Positions 39,470-51,533 of a DNA stretch of 64,000 bases are shown here, piece by piece; position 1 is the first letter of the stretch, and each line of letters opens with the position of its first letter. The position numbers and the translations under genes were made by a program. Location: positions 4,384,001-4,448,000 of the forward strand of contig OZ244170.1 in NCBI GenBank assembly GCA_965216565.1, in the 5' to 3' direction. This DNA comes from Bythopirellula sp. GTDB taxonomy: Bacteria > Planctomycetota > Planctomycetia > Pirellulales > Lacipirellulaceae. The notes below the pieces were generated by a model, which did not search any database, was not told where the DNA came from, and saw only the letters and a program-made list of their open reading frames with translations.

Positions 39470-39560
39470 ACGTAGGCTTTGAGGCTTTGAGACTTCGAGG
39501 GGCTTGAGGTTTTCTTGAATACAGACTTCCCTCGAAGCCTCCAGTCTCGAAGTCTAACCT

Positions 39561-39785
39561 CTACCAATAATATCCGCCGCCGAAACCGACACCCACAGAC
39601 ACGCGCGGGCCATAGACTCGCGGGCCATAGTAGCCTCGATAAACAGGTCTGCGGATGATTGGCGGGCCGAGTACGGCACGGGCAATCGGTCGACGCACCC
39701 AGCGGCGATGCGCTTGGGCTTCTGAAGAATCAAACACTACAAAGCTCGCCGCAATGACGAGACACGCAATCAGACTTCTGAACAT
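39561..39785 (-). CDS. Small exported Arg/Tyr/Gly-rich protein
   Basis: Signal peptide ending AQA; 74 aa. Confidence 0.7.
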   Translation of the reverse strand: MFRSLIACLVIAASFVVFDSSEAQAHRRWVRRPIARAVLGPPIIRRPVYRGYYGPRVYGPRVSVGVGFGGGYYW

Positions 39786-39952
39786 GGCAGAGGTCCCCCA
39801 GGTAGGCTGTAGGTAGGTAGGAATCAAGGCAGGAGGCCCTCAGCCAAGGAGCCGAGCCGGCCAAATCACAGTTACATTCTTACGCCCGTCGACGCATCTA
39901 GGAAAGGGTTGAATTCTCCAGCCTCGAAGCCTACAGCTCCCTGCCCCTCCCC

Positions 39953-40101
39953 CTGCCAAATTGGCAGCTGCTACCCCCTCTGGCTCTAGGATCAAAGCAC
40001 TCTCGACGAAAATGGCAGGAGGAGCCTCACTCCACTATTCGTACTAACTCGATACGCAGTGGTCACTTAGGGTTTTGATCTTCTTTGGCGCGCTGGTTGC
40101 T
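39953..40101 (+). promoter_or_regulatory. Candidate sigma-54 promoter of groESL with upstream palindromic sites
   Basis: TGGCGCG-CTGG-TTGCT at 40086-40101; CTGCCAAATTGGCAG at 39953-39967; partial copy at 40004-40018. Confidence 0.65.
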
Positions 40102-40239
40102 TTGCAGTAGGCCTTGGCACTGGGCTACCGGTGCATTTTCCAGCTGTCAGCGATCAGCTGTCAGCCAAGAGCTTTTTTTAGTTTTGGCTGACAGCTAATT
40201 GCTGACCGCTAACCGCTACATAACGGAGGACCTCCCCCC

Positions 40240-40557
40240 ATGGCCACTGCCACCAAGAAGAAGAGCAAGGTTTCGCTACAACCCCTCGGCGATCGCGTCG
40301 TTGTCTCCCGCGACGAATCAGAAGACATCACCGCCGGTGGCATCGTCCTGCCGGATTCCGCCAAGGACAAGCCTTCCCGCGGCACAATCGTCGCCGTTGG
40401 CACTGGCAAACTGCTCGACGACGGCAGCCGTGGTGAACTCCAAGTGAAGAAGGGCGACCGCGTCCTGTTCACCAGCTATGCCCCCGAATCGATCAGCATC
40501 GACGACGAAGAATTTCTGATGATGAGCGAGTCAGATATTCTGGCCGTGATCGAGTAG
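40240..40557 (+). CDS. groES: Co-chaperonin GroES
   Basis: LQPLGDRVVV...TAGGIVLPDSAKDKP...GDRVLF. Confidence 0.98.
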   Translation: MATATKKKSKVSLQPLGDRVVVSRDESEDITAGGIVLPDSAKDKPSRGTIVAVGTGKLLDDGSRGELQVKKGDRVLFTSYAPESISIDDEEFLMMSESDILAVIE

Positions 40558-40703
40558 GAGGATCTAGGAGCTAGAGACTAGAGACTAGAGAAGCCACGCG
40601 CAGCGCCCACTTCCCCTAGCCCCTAACACCTAGAACCTAGCCCCTAACTCAGCAACAACATACAAGCACAAATCAGAACACACTCTCCAAACCAACCAAG
40701 TAA

Positions 40704-42335
<1,632 letters not shown>

Positions 42336-42374
42336 TGCGGTAGGGGCTAGGAGCTAGAGACTAGAGACTAGGGT

Positions 42375-42401
42375 TAGCCGCGTTGCCACAGCAACGCAAG
42401 G
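42375..42401 (+). repeat. Family-B REP without insertion
   Basis: TAGCCGCGTTGC-CACA-GCAACGCAAGG. Confidence 0.8.
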
Positions 42402-42458
42402 CACCCCCGAAACCCAAACAACTAAGACCCAGCCCCAAATAAGATTTGATAACTTACC

Positions 42459-42498
42459 AATCCCCGGGCGAAGCGCAAGCTTCGCACCGGGGATTTTT
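42459..42498 (+). terminator. groESL intrinsic terminator
   Basis: AATCCCCGG-GCGAAGC-GCAA-GCTTCGC-A-CCGGGGATT-TTT. Confidence 0.85.
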
Positions 42499-42549
42499 CG
42501 TGCGGTCTCAGTGCTAGATGTCAGTAGTCAGTTGTTAGTACTCAGTATT

Positions 42550-42574
42550 TAGCCGCGATCTGGTAGATCGCCGG
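42550..42574 (+). repeat. Single family-A REP
   Basis: TAGCCGCGATCT-GGT-AGATCGCCGG. Confidence 0.9.
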
Positions 42575-42870
42575 TGCCCCACCAACCCCCATCGCCACCA
42601 CGCACGGAAGAAATAAACCACGGAGCCACGGAGAGCACAGAGAAGATCGAACCCAGGGTAGCCCAGGTTGGCGTCCAGCCTACCTGGGTCGCGCAGCGAC
42701 GGGAGGTGGTGCATCGTAACGAAATAACCATTTGTAGCAAAGTCACGCCGTTACGTCTTCTGACGAATGCCGGCACGATTGAGATACCATTTAGGACGAA
42801 AACGAACGTGGCACTCAGATATACTTCAATAGTAGTGGATATATTCTAGTAGATTGGAAAATGGCTTGGC

Positions 42871-43653
42871 ATGAAAAACAAAAGAGAAATTGAAAGAGAG
42901 ACAGTGGCACTAAATGAGATGCAGTTAATGGCTTGGTTAAGCACAACTGGAAACGAGATTCTTAAAAAGATTAACGAAACCAAAAAGAACGGAGATACCT
43001 CATCAGCTTGTGACGCACTGTACCATCGCATTGTTCTCTCTGGGAATACACTAATGTTGTTACGAGAACAGGGTACTCAATATGATTGGACCTATGATGG
43101 CTCCTCGATAATACGTATAGTTTATGAAGCTTCTCTCCAGATTCTCTACATCCTAAATGACGAATCCTCCGGTGAGGAGATTGCGCGTCGATACCTTGAC
43201 TTTGCGATTATTGAGCGGGTGAAAATGATAAGACTATTTGATAAAAGAGCTACTGATTTTTCTTCAAGATTATCCCAGAGCAGTAAGCGTGCAGAAGTCG
43301 AAAATGTCATTTACCAGGAGTTTCGTCGCGTCTGCAAGAAGTATAACTACGACAGTAGAAAGCCGCCGCAGTATTGGCATCAAGGCACAACGAGAAATCT
43401 CGCAATTGAGGTAGGTGTGGAAGGTGAGTTTGAGCTATTGCAGAAACAACTCTCTTCAATAATTCACTGCTCGTTCACAGGGATACGAGAAATGCCTCGA
43501 TATGATGGCAATCATCTGCTAATGCTATACTGGAAATTTGCATTTCGTGCACTTGGGAAAATCGCAGAGCATGTCGACGTGCAGTTGACGAACGAACAGG
43601 AAAAGGTCATTCTTGATTCATACAATAGTATTTTCGATGATGCCAACGGTTGA
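42871..43653 (+). CDS. AT-rich hypothetical protein (DUF5677-like)
   Basis: 260 aa; RIVYEA and LSSIIH motifs; visibly lower GC than neighbours. Confidence 0.7.
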   Translation: MKNKREIERETVALNEMQLMAWLSTTGNEILKKINETKKNGDTSSACDALYHRIVLSGNTLMLLREQGTQYDWTYDGSSIIRIVYEASLQILYILNDESSGEEIARRYLDFAIIERVKMIRLFDKRATDFSSRLSQSSKRAEVENVIYQEFRRVCKKYNYDSRKPPQYWHQGTTRNLAIEVGVEGEFELLQKQLSSIIHCSFTGIREMPRYDGNHLLMLYWKFAFRALGKIAEHVDVQLTNEQEKVILDSYNSIFDDANG

Positions 43654-43708
43654 CACCGCAAGTAATCTGCAAGAGACAACCGATTGGTAGACGCGAAGGG
43701 AATAGCCC

Positions 43709-43789
43709 GTAGTGTGCGTGAAGCGATATCGAAACGCACCACTCACCCCGCCGCCAAGGTGCGTTCCGTTACCACTCCACGTACCCTAC
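43709..43789. repeat. Inverted pair of GTAG-type REP-like sequences
   Basis: GTAGTGTGCGTG...AAACGCACC and revcomp GTAGGGTACGTG...GAACGCACC. Confidence 0.6.
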
Positions 43790-43849
43790 AGAATCTGCCC
43801 ACTAACGCACTCTTCGTGCCCTTCGTGTCTTTGTGGTTCCTCCCTCACA

Positions 43850-43937
43850 CTGCCGCCTTTTTAGGGCTATAGTGTTTTCAACATCTCTGTCCAGGGGCTG
43901 ACGCCCCTGGCTATTTTCTGCCGCCCCTGGCGGGGCT
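43850..43937 (-). repeat. About 90-bp triple-hairpin element, copy 1
   Basis: Homologous to 56002-56092. Confidence 0.8.
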
Positions 43938-44242
43938 TTTGGGCTGCCGGTCACTTCTCCATGCCGTTTGTGTCTTTGTGGTTCTCTCCCTAACCCTGGC
44001 CACTGCTTGCATTCCGGGACCCGTCTTGAAAATTGCCTTTGCCGATCGTTGATTAATTGTCGCTTGCGTTGGCATGGCACTGGGCATTCGCAAACGCGTC
44101 AGGTGATTCTCGGCAAGCGTGGCATTGCGGCAAACTGTACGTGCCTAGCCATTGATCTTGCCTTGCGAATGTTATAATCGATGCCTTGTTTCGGGAGGGA
44201 ACCCCGCTTATTTCCCACTCGGTTTTTTGGAAGGAGAATGCG

Positions 44243-44770
44243 ATGAAACGCGTAGCACTGTTGGCAATGGTTGGCGTGGCACTGGCCGCGGGTTCGTTAG
44301 TTTGGGCAGAGCATCATGGCGAGGGGCATGACCACGAGGCTGGTTGGTTCGATATGGAACATTGCCAAATTTGTAGCCCCATGGCCAAGCATCCTGAGAT
44401 GATGCAGGAGATGGAATGGGAAACGCACAAGATCGACAGCGGCATGTTGATGGTGGCACAAATTCCTGAGAAGCACCGTAAGACGTTCGAAGGCATGTGC
44501 GAAAAATCGCATGCCTTGGCAGCCGAGCTTGCTGAGAAGAATCAGACTGAAAACTTGTGCGGCTTTTGCCAAGGATTTCAGGAATTGACCAAGGCGGGTG
44601 CCAAAGAGCAAATCATCAAGACGGGCTTCGGCAATATTACGCTAGTGACTTCTCCCGACAGCAAAGTCGTAGAAGATATCCACAAGCACGCCGAGCGTTC
44701 GCAAGTGGAAGCGAAGAAGATGGAAGAAAAGATGAAAGAGATGATGGCCAAAATGAAAGACGCCGGCTAA
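44243..44770 (+). CDS. Hypothetical exported protein with two CxxC motifs
   Basis: AAGGAG SD, signal peptide, His-rich N-terminus, CQIC and CGFC. Confidence 0.8.
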   Translation: MKRVALLAMVGVALAAGSLVWAEHHGEGHDHEAGWFDMEHCQICSPMAKHPEMMQEMEWETHKIDSGMLMVAQIPEKHRKTFEGMCEKSHALAAELAEKNQTENLCGFCQGFQELTKAGAKEQIIKTGFGNITLVTSPDSKVVEDIHKHAERSQVEAKKMEEKMKEMMAKMKDAG

Positions 44771-44870
44771 TCGTTGAATCACGGTTCACCCTCTCCTCGC
44801 ACGCGGGGAGAGGGTTTCAAGTTTAACAAGATCACCTACTCTGGTCTCTGGACTCTCAACTCTTGCCTCT

Positions 44871-45341
44871 CTAAGGCAACGACCAAATCACCAAGCCCGT
44901 CCGGCGATCCTCTCTCGCCTCCAGCAGCAACGGCCAATAGCGCTCGACCGCGTTGGCGGGACGTTCGAGATTTACAAACGGCTTGGCGACGATTCCGGTC
45001 TGACGCGTGGTTACTCCCAGGGCAGGTGCCGTTACCGGGGCAACGGGGGCAATGGTGGCTGCCACGCCGCGACGTCGGGTGATGGCATAGTAAGGCGCGG
45101 AGTACAGCGTTCGATTCTGTAAGGCAATGGGGACACCGGTGCCTTGCTGGCGATTGGGGTAGCCCACATTCCGCACGCGATAAAAGGCCAGAGCAGCATT
45201 GGAACTCATGCCTTGCGAGGTTTGCCGCCAGGTGTGTAGCGTCGTAGCGGGCGAGGAAATTTGTGCCTCTGCAGTCGACGCACTCGAGAGAATGCCGACG
45301 GCAAAACCAAGAGCCAGCAACGTGGTACGCTCGATATTCAT
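44871..45341 (-). CDS. Hypothetical exported protein
   Basis: GGAGG SD, signal peptide ending AEA. Confidence 0.7.
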   Translation of the reverse strand: MNIERTTLLALGFAVGILSSASTAEAQISSPATTLHTWRQTSQGMSSNAALAFYRVRNVGYPNRQQGTGVPIALQNRTLYSAPYYAITRRRGVAATIAPVAPVTAPALGVTTRQTGIVAKPFVNLERPANAVERYWPLLLEAREDRRTGLVIWSLP

Positions 45342-45570
45342 GATAGCTCCTCCGCCAGGTAGGCATCGGACAAACCGCAGGCAACGGTTACCAGCATTTA
45401 GTATAGCCGAGTTCTCGGTGAAATGTTGCCAACAAATAACAGGGCAATTCTTATTCGCTTCGAGCTGATAGTACTTGGCGAAAAAATTGGCCCCCATCTT
45501 CAATTCGCGGCAAGAATGAGGTATTTATAGTGCCTAAGTCGAATGGCCTTCCACCCATAAGAGAGTCGCC

Positions 45571-45975
45571 ATGCAACTCGTCTGCCCCCACTGTAACGCA
45601 AAACTAGAAATCGCCTCGGAACATGCCGGCGCGAATATCAACTGCCCCGAGTGTGGCGGCAAATCGCAGGCACCGATTCCCACGGCCATGCCGGAGGGGA
45701 TGGAATCGGTCGACTCAGTCGAAGTACGGGCATTCGCTTCTAAAAAAATTGCTGCAGGCGTGTGCGGGATTTTGATCGGCGCATTGGGAATTCACAAGTT
45801 TGTGCTCGGTCTCAACACAGCGGGTGTGATCATGCTGCTGGGAAGCGTACTGAGCTGCGGAATCCTAGCGGCACCACTGGGCATTGTGGGCTTGGTCGAA
45901 GGTATTATCTACATCTCCAAGAGCGACGCAGAATTCTACCGTGACTACGCGGTTGACCAAAAGGGATGGTTCTAG
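45571..45975 (+). CDS. Zinc-ribbon + TM2 (NINE) domain protein
   Basis: CPHC...CPEC; KKIAAG..GI..G.LGIHKF.LG. Confidence 0.9.
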   Translation: MQLVCPHCNAKLEIASEHAGANINCPECGGKSQAPIPTAMPEGMESVDSVEVRAFASKKIAAGVCGILIGALGIHKFVLGLNTAGVIMLLGSVLSCGILAAPLGIVGLVEGIIYISKSDAEFYRDYAVDQKGWF

Positions 45976-46006
45976 ACAAAACCGCAATTGAATGGGCTTT
46001 CGACCC

Positions 46007-46031
46007 TAGCCGCGATCTGACAGATCGCCGG
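46007..46031 (+). repeat. Single family-A REP
   Basis: TAGCCGCGATCT-GAC-AGATCGCCGG. Confidence 0.9.
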
Positions 46032-46033
46032 GA

Positions 46034-46687
46034 CTACTCAGCGTCTTTCTCGCGGCAATAGGCGATCATCTCTTCGACGCTCATCGAAGACTTGTCGACT
46101 TTCACCACTCCACCGTCCGACTCCGCTGCGGAGGTTTCCTCGGCGGCTTCTTCAGCAGGTGCTGGTTCCTCGGCTACGGGTTCGGGGGTTTCTTCCGGCT
46201 CCGGCGGCGCTTTTTCTGCTGCTGGTTTGGCACCGCCGCTAGTTTCAGCACGTGCCGCGGCCATCATCTCGGCAACGGACATCTTTTTCTTCGCCGCGGG
46301 CTTGGCTGCCGGTGCGTCTTTCTTGGCCCCAGCATCGTCTTTCTTGCCTAAATCCTGAGCACGAGCCATTTCCAAGGGTGAAAGTTTTTTCTCACCTGTT
46401 GGGGCTGCCTTCTTCGCAGCGGGCTTAGCGGCCGGTTTCTTCGCCGCAGGTTTTTTCTCTTGCGGCGCTGGTTTGTCGACTACCTTCAGATAGTCCAGAT
46501 CAATGTCATGCCAACCGATATTCAGGTGGAACTCCATGAACTCGACTAGGGCCCGACCGCTCATGTTGACGGTTTTCACTTGCCCTACGTGATCGCGAAA
46601 ACGGGCCAACTCGGGCCGGTTGGCATCCACCACGACATACTTGTCTGTGTATTCTTCTTTAATCTTTTCGATGTTGGCCGAGATCAT
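46034..46687 (-). CDS. Hypothetical protein with SH3-like N-terminal domain and Lys/Ala/Glu-rich tail
   Basis: YTDKYVVVD..RPELARF..GQVKTVNMSGRALVEF. Confidence 0.75.
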   Translation of the reverse strand: MISANIEKIKEEYTDKYVVVDANRPELARFRDHVGQVKTVNMSGRALVEFMEFHLNIGWHDIDLDYLKVVDKPAPQEKKPAAKKPAAKPAAKKAAPTGEKKLSPLEMARAQDLGKKDDAGAKKDAPAAKPAAKKKMSVAEMMAAARAETSGGAKPAAEKAPPEPEETPEPVAEEPAPAEEAAEETSAAESDGGVVKVDKSSMSVEEMIAYCREKDAE

Positions 46688-46867
46688 CGCAGTCAGCAAG
46701 CTCCCAATTTGGGGTGAACAGAGCCTCTGTGGCAAACCGAGAATTGTCCCGCAATTTGGGCTGTTTGGCAATGACTCCTCAGCGGTTTCAGCCTTGTTTT
46801 TCCTTGCGACTGAAGGCTCGACGCTCCATAATCACTACCTCAGAAGTTTGTTGCTCCACGTCCTCGA

Positions 46868-47701
46868 TTGAAACCCCCATTGGGAGTCACACCGTTGAAT
46901 AGCCGCATACTCGTGATTTTAATCGCTTCCACGACACTGACGGGATGCCCCGCTGCCAGTTGCTGGGCACAACACACCGAGTATCTGCCTGGAATCCAAT
47001 GGCCCGAACCGCCGGTTGTCGAACCCGCCAAAGAGCCAGGGGGCCCACCCTCAGACGCCATCATTCTATTCGATGGCACAGACCTCTCGGCATGGAACGG
47101 AGCGGACAATTGGAAGGTCGAGGATGGAGTGGCCATCGTCGGCGAGGGGGGAATAACGTCCAAGCAGGCATTCGGCGATTGCCAATTACATGCCGAATGG
47201 TCGTCGCCCGTACCCGCCCAAGGCGAGGGGCAGGGCCGCGGCAACAGTGGCATCTATCTGATGGGCAACTACGAAGTGCAGGTGCTCGATTCCTACAAAA
47301 GCAAAACCTACTTTGATGGCCAGGCCGGAGCGATCTACAAGCAGTCGCCGCCGATGGTCAATGCTATGCGTCCGCCAGGGGAGTGGAACGTGTACGATAT
47401 TGTGTTCACCGCCCCCAAGTTTACCGAGGATGGCAAGCTGGAGTCTCCCGCCTATATGACGGTCATCCACAATGGCGTGCTTTTACACAATCACTACGAG
47501 TTGAAGGGCCGTACCCTGTGGGAACGTCCCTCTGTGTATGAACCCCATGAGGCCAAGATGCCAATCTTTTTGCAGGATCATGGCAACCCGGTCCGTTACC
47601 GCAACATCTGGGTGCGAGAGTTCAAGCAGATCGAGGGCCGGCAAACGGAAAAGCCGCAATATCTAGATCACAGCACGGGTGAGAAAAAGTTGGCGGGATA
47701 G
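46868..47701 (+). CDS. DUF1080 (3-keto-disaccharide hydrolase) family protein
   Basis: LFDG.DL..W, GNSG, YEVQVLDS, LQDHG..V.YRNIW. Confidence 0.9.
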   Translation: MKPPLGVTPLNSRILVILIASTTLTGCPAASCWAQHTEYLPGIQWPEPPVVEPAKEPGGPPSDAIILFDGTDLSAWNGADNWKVEDGVAIVGEGGITSKQAFGDCQLHAEWSSPVPAQGEGQGRGNSGIYLMGNYEVQVLDSYKSKTYFDGQAGAIYKQSPPMVNAMRPPGEWNVYDIVFTAPKFTEDGKLESPAYMTVIHNGVLLHNHYELKGRTLWERPSVYEPHEAKMPIFLQDHGNPVRYRNIWVREFKQIEGRQTEKPQYLDHSTGEKKLAG

Positions 47702-47722
47702 GCATTGGAGGCTGACGCTACT

Positions 47723-49306
47723 CTAGCCGCGGCGACGCTTACCCAAAGCCAAGCAAACGAAAGCCAGGGCCAGCGTGCAACTTGAGGGCTCAGGCACGGC
47801 GGCTGACGACGCAGTTTGAGAGGTCGTGCCATAGTTGGCTTCCCAATCGGCTAAGGAACCGCTGCCAGGGTCTGTTTGCCACGCGAGAAAATCTAGGCCG
47901 TCTACGTCATTGTCAGAGTCGAAGTCGCCCTCAAGTCCGTTGATGAACAGGCCGGCCGAATCGATCCAGACCGCGCCATTGTCGGTCCCAGGCTGGTTGA
48001 ACTGAAAAGTTAGCCGGGCTTCCACCGCGTTTGCTGGTGCGGTTGTTTCGAGTTCATGGTTGAGCCAGATATTCTCTGGCGAGGAGCCATCGTGGATCAA
48101 TTCAACCACTTCCCCTAGAAAGGCACTCGATCCATAAGCTGCACCAAAAGAGCTATAAAATTCGATCTTCATCGAAACATCGTTGCTCTTGCCAAATAGT
48201 GTGTCCACCGAAGGAGATTGCGTGCTTGCCACAGCTCGCAGAGATTCACCTCCAGTGATAGCCGTCCCTTGGGAGGCTCCCGAGGAATTGCTGGAGCCAT
48301 TGAACTGTCCGAAGATTTTCAGGGCGTGCGTACCGTCGTTCGACAAGAAAGAACTTGCAGAGACGTTGGGGATGACGTTTCCGAAGATGTCCCATTCGGC
48401 TAGCGAACCACCTGCGATGTCGAATCCCGGATTGAGCAGCAGGTTGGTTCCCGGTTCGGGTCCTGTATTCGGATCAGGCGCGGCTTCCCGCTGCCAATAG
48501 CGAACGTAATCTACATACATTGTCTGGGGCCAAACCGTCGATCCATCGGGGTCGCCGCCAAAGTCGCCGCCGACTGCCAGATTGAGAATGATGTTTTTTG
48601 CCGTCTCGAATATGGGCCGATTTGGGGTTTCGGTAACGGTGAAATGTAGATTGTCATCGACGTAGTAGCGAATGGTTGTTTCGTCCCATTCCGCGGCGTA
48701 AGTGTGGAAGCCATCGTGAAAGTTTACCGGTTGGCCGGGCGCCGTGTACTCATCGTAGACGAACTGATGTTGGTCGCAGCATGGGCCGGGATTTGTCTGC
48801 CAATGATAGGCACTAGAAACCAAGTCTGGTTGGCTGCCACGGTTTTCTAGAATATCAATCTCACCACCCTGCGGCCAAGATACTTGATTGGCATTTAGCC
48901 AGAAGGCAGGCCACATGCCCTGCGAGGTCGGCAAATCGATACGTGCTTCAAACCGGCCGGGGCCGAACAAATTGTTGGAAGTCACCAAGCCAGACTGATA
49001 TGCCTTACCACCGAATGGAACATTGATGGCTTCAAGTTCTAAGTTGCCATTTGCGATGGTGACCTGCTGGGGTCGATAGTACTGCTTTTCGTTGTTGAAA
49101 CTGTCCCTGCGATCGAGTGCGGTCCAGTTCGTAGTATTAAGTGAAGTTCCGTCGAACTCATCGTTCCAGATAAGATCCCAACCAGGTAAGTCAGGGACTT
49201 GAGCCGATGCAACACTCCCGTATGACAATGCCAACAGCAATAGGGAGGATGTACAGATAAGTCTGCGGAGCAGGCGCAAGCGGCCGTTTGAAAACGGTGC
49301 GGACAT
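47723..49306 (-). CDS. GH16 glycoside hydrolase with CBM-like, dockerin-like and PEP-CTERM domains
   Basis: WPAFW, GEIDILE catalytic motif; GDFDSDNDVDGLDFLAWQ; VPEP-hydrophobic-KRRRG. Confidence 0.9.
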   Translation of the reverse strand: MSAPFSNGRLRLLRRLICTSSLLLLALSYGSVASAQVPDLPGWDLIWNDEFDGTSLNTTNWTALDRRDSFNNEKQYYRPQQVTIANGNLELEAINVPFGGKAYQSGLVTSNNLFGPGRFEARIDLPTSQGMWPAFWLNANQVSWPQGGEIDILENRGSQPDLVSSAYHWQTNPGPCCDQHQFVYDEYTAPGQPVNFHDGFHTYAAEWDETTIRYYVDDNLHFTVTETPNRPIFETAKNIILNLAVGGDFGGDPDGSTVWPQTMYVDYVRYWQREAAPDPNTGPEPGTNLLLNPGFDIAGGSLAEWDIFGNVIPNVSASSFLSNDGTHALKIFGQFNGSSNSSGASQGTAITGGESLRAVASTQSPSVDTLFGKSNDVSMKIEFYSSFGAAYGSSAFLGEVVELIHDGSSPENIWLNHELETTAPANAVEARLTFQFNQPGTDNGAVWIDSAGLFINGLEGDFDSDNDVDGLDFLAWQTDPGSGSLADWEANYGTTSQTASSAAVPEPSSCTLALAFVCLALGKRRRG

Positions 49307-49616
49307 GAGGCTCTTTTCCATTCCAGAAATCAGCAAGCAGAGGCGAGAAACTGTTTCATGCACTGTTTCTTATTCTAGGCGATTGCTCCCATTTCGTCCA
49401 ATGAAATTAGGGGGCAAATTACCCAATTGGGAACCCAGATTCAGCAGCCTGTGGGTAATACTTAGGCTCCGAAGACTCCCTCGAAACCCGCCTCGGTTGT
49501 TGCCCTAGATTGGGGAGTAAGGCTTATTCCAGGTGAAGCTGATCAAGCCGCCGAGCGAGAATCTGTCATCATGGGAGCAGTTCGCAAGTAATTGTAGAGC
49601 AAAGCCTTGCGCCTGA

Positions 49617-50219
49617 TCACACCTTCCACAGGCCGTATCGCCACTGGATGGTAGCAGGGACCGGTGATTCCCAGGTGATCTCCGTAACCAGGCAAACTTC
49701 GGTCGCGGTGAGCTCAATCTGGCACGATGTAGACTCTGAATTCTTACTAAATGCCACGGGGCGAAGTTCGTAGCTTCCTATATGACATTCCAATAGAACT
49801 CCCACAGCGGTTTTGGTGCTTTTTACAGCTTCGCCAAGGCGGTACGTGCTTGTGAGCCGTGGCGGCAAACTCTTGACGCGGCAGGCTACGTCGAACACGA
49901 GCCCGCATTTGCTCTGGTCCCGATCGCGTTCGACCGTCATCGACCAATGGCCATCGCCAGCCATACCAATCAGCATTGCAGCGGGGGCATCTCCCGGATC
50001 GTATCGGCGTAGGTCGTCCATGTTGAGCCCTTGTGTTACGGGACTGCATGGCCAAGCGTGATGCAGTCGGTCTTCGACTGCTGTGAGTAATGGGCAAGAA
50101 CCACCGGCATTATCTTGCGCTACTAGTTGGTGTGTGTAGCGATCGCCGTGGCGAGCGAATTCAGCCCAAGCACCTGTTCCGTTAGCATCAATGGCGGCAA
50201 GTGCCGCAACTTGTTTCAC
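49617..50219 (-). CDS. Hypothetical protein downstream of prfB
   Basis: Open frame; probable GTG start just after the prfB stop. Confidence 0.6.
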   Translation of the reverse strand: MKQVAALAAIDANGTGAWAEFARHGDRYTHQLVAQDNAGGSCPLLTAVEDRLHHAWPCSPVTQGLNMDDLRRYDPGDAPAAMLIGMAGDGHWSMTVERDRDQSKCGLVFDVACRVKSLPPRLTSTYRLGEAVKSTKTAVGVLLECHIGSYELRPVAFSKNSESTSCQIELTATEVCLVTEITWESPVPATIQWRYGLWKV

Positions 50220-50224
50220 GTCGC

Positions 50225-51347
50225 TCAATCGGCCGATTCCTCTATAGGTTGACCAGCTCGCCACCGCAGCACAGCATCCAGAAAACCCTGGATATCGCCA
50301 TCCAGTACCGCGTGAAAATTTCCCATCTGATACTTCGTACGGGCGTCCTTCACCCGCTGGTCGGGGTGCAGAAAGTAGTTGCGAATTTGTGAGCCGAAGC
50401 CTGTTTTGGCTTGCTGCTGATATTTGGCTGCTTCCTCGGCTTCCCGTTGCTCTTCTTCTTGCCTTGCCAGCCGTGCCCGCAGCATCTTCCAAGCAGTCGC
50501 ACGATTCTTATGTTGGCTCCGCTCATTCTGGCACTGCACCACGATGCCGGTGGGCTCATGGGTGAGCCGAATGGCGCTGTCAGTCTTGTTCACGTGCTGG
50601 CCACCGGCACCACTTGCTCTATAGGTATCCACCCGAACGTCCGCCTCGTTGATTTCAATGTCGGTCGAGTCAGAAATCTCTGGCGACACATCCACGGCAG
50701 CAAAACTAGTTTGCCGCTTGCCTTCCGAGTTGAACGGACTAATTCGCACCAGACGATGCATGCCACTTTCTCCGCGTAGATAGCCGTATGCCATCGGACC
50801 GCGAACGGCAATCGTAGCGTTGTTGATGCCAGCTTCTTCGTTGTCCTGCCGATCGATCAACGACGTAGAAAAGTCGTTTTTCTGAGCCCACTGCAAATAC
50901 ATCCTGAGCAGCATCTCCGCCCAATCGTTGGCGTCGGTGCCCCCATCGCGAGCATTGATCGTGAGAATCGCCCCCAGCGAATCGTGTTTACCGCTTAAAA
51001 GAGCTTGTAGCTTCAACTGCTCGAGATCACGCTCCAGTCGCTCAACCTCACCAGGTACCTCCGCCGCGAAGGAGTCATCTTCCTCCGCCATTTCGATCAT
51101 TGCAGAGAGGTCGCCACTGGCGGAAAGTGCATCGGTAATCGGTTTGACGATTGCCAATAGTGACTTCCGCTCGCCGACTTTCTCCTGCGCAGCTTCTTGA
51201 TCGTTCCAGAAGTCAGGTGCTGCCATTTCCTGATCTATGGCCGCGATTTGCGACTCTTTAGTCGCACAGTCAAAGAGAGTCCCGCAACTGGACCAAAGCA
51301 GTGCGAATCGCCTCGGCGCGATCAAGCCATTCCTTTTCCAGTGCCAT
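50225..51347 (-). CDS. prfB: Peptide chain release factor 2 (programmed +1 frameshift at codon 25/26)
   Basis: SPF and GGQ motifs; ATG 51347 reads 25 codons to CTT-TGA-C (51275-51269), then continues in the +1 frame. Confidence 0.97.
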
Positions 51348-51533
51348 GTCGGGACTCCGATAGATAGATTCGTTGAATTACTAAAAAGCAATATAAGCAA
51401 CATCAGACTGAGTTGCGAGGCCCTGGAAAGGTAAATGACCAAGGACCGAATGACCAACGCCCGTTAACTAGACGCTTATGGCATTGGACATACTCGATTG
51501 GACATGGGTCATTAGTCGCCTTAGACTTTCCTT

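Noticed and set aside
40114..40136. CIRCE operator before groES (ttggcactgggctaccggtgca)
   Set aside because: Arms and spacing do not fit TTAGCACTC-N9-GAGTGCTAA
51348..51457. N-terminal extension of the 410-aa prfB ORF
   Set aside because: Artefact of the +1 frameshift; the real start is probably ATG 51347 in another frame
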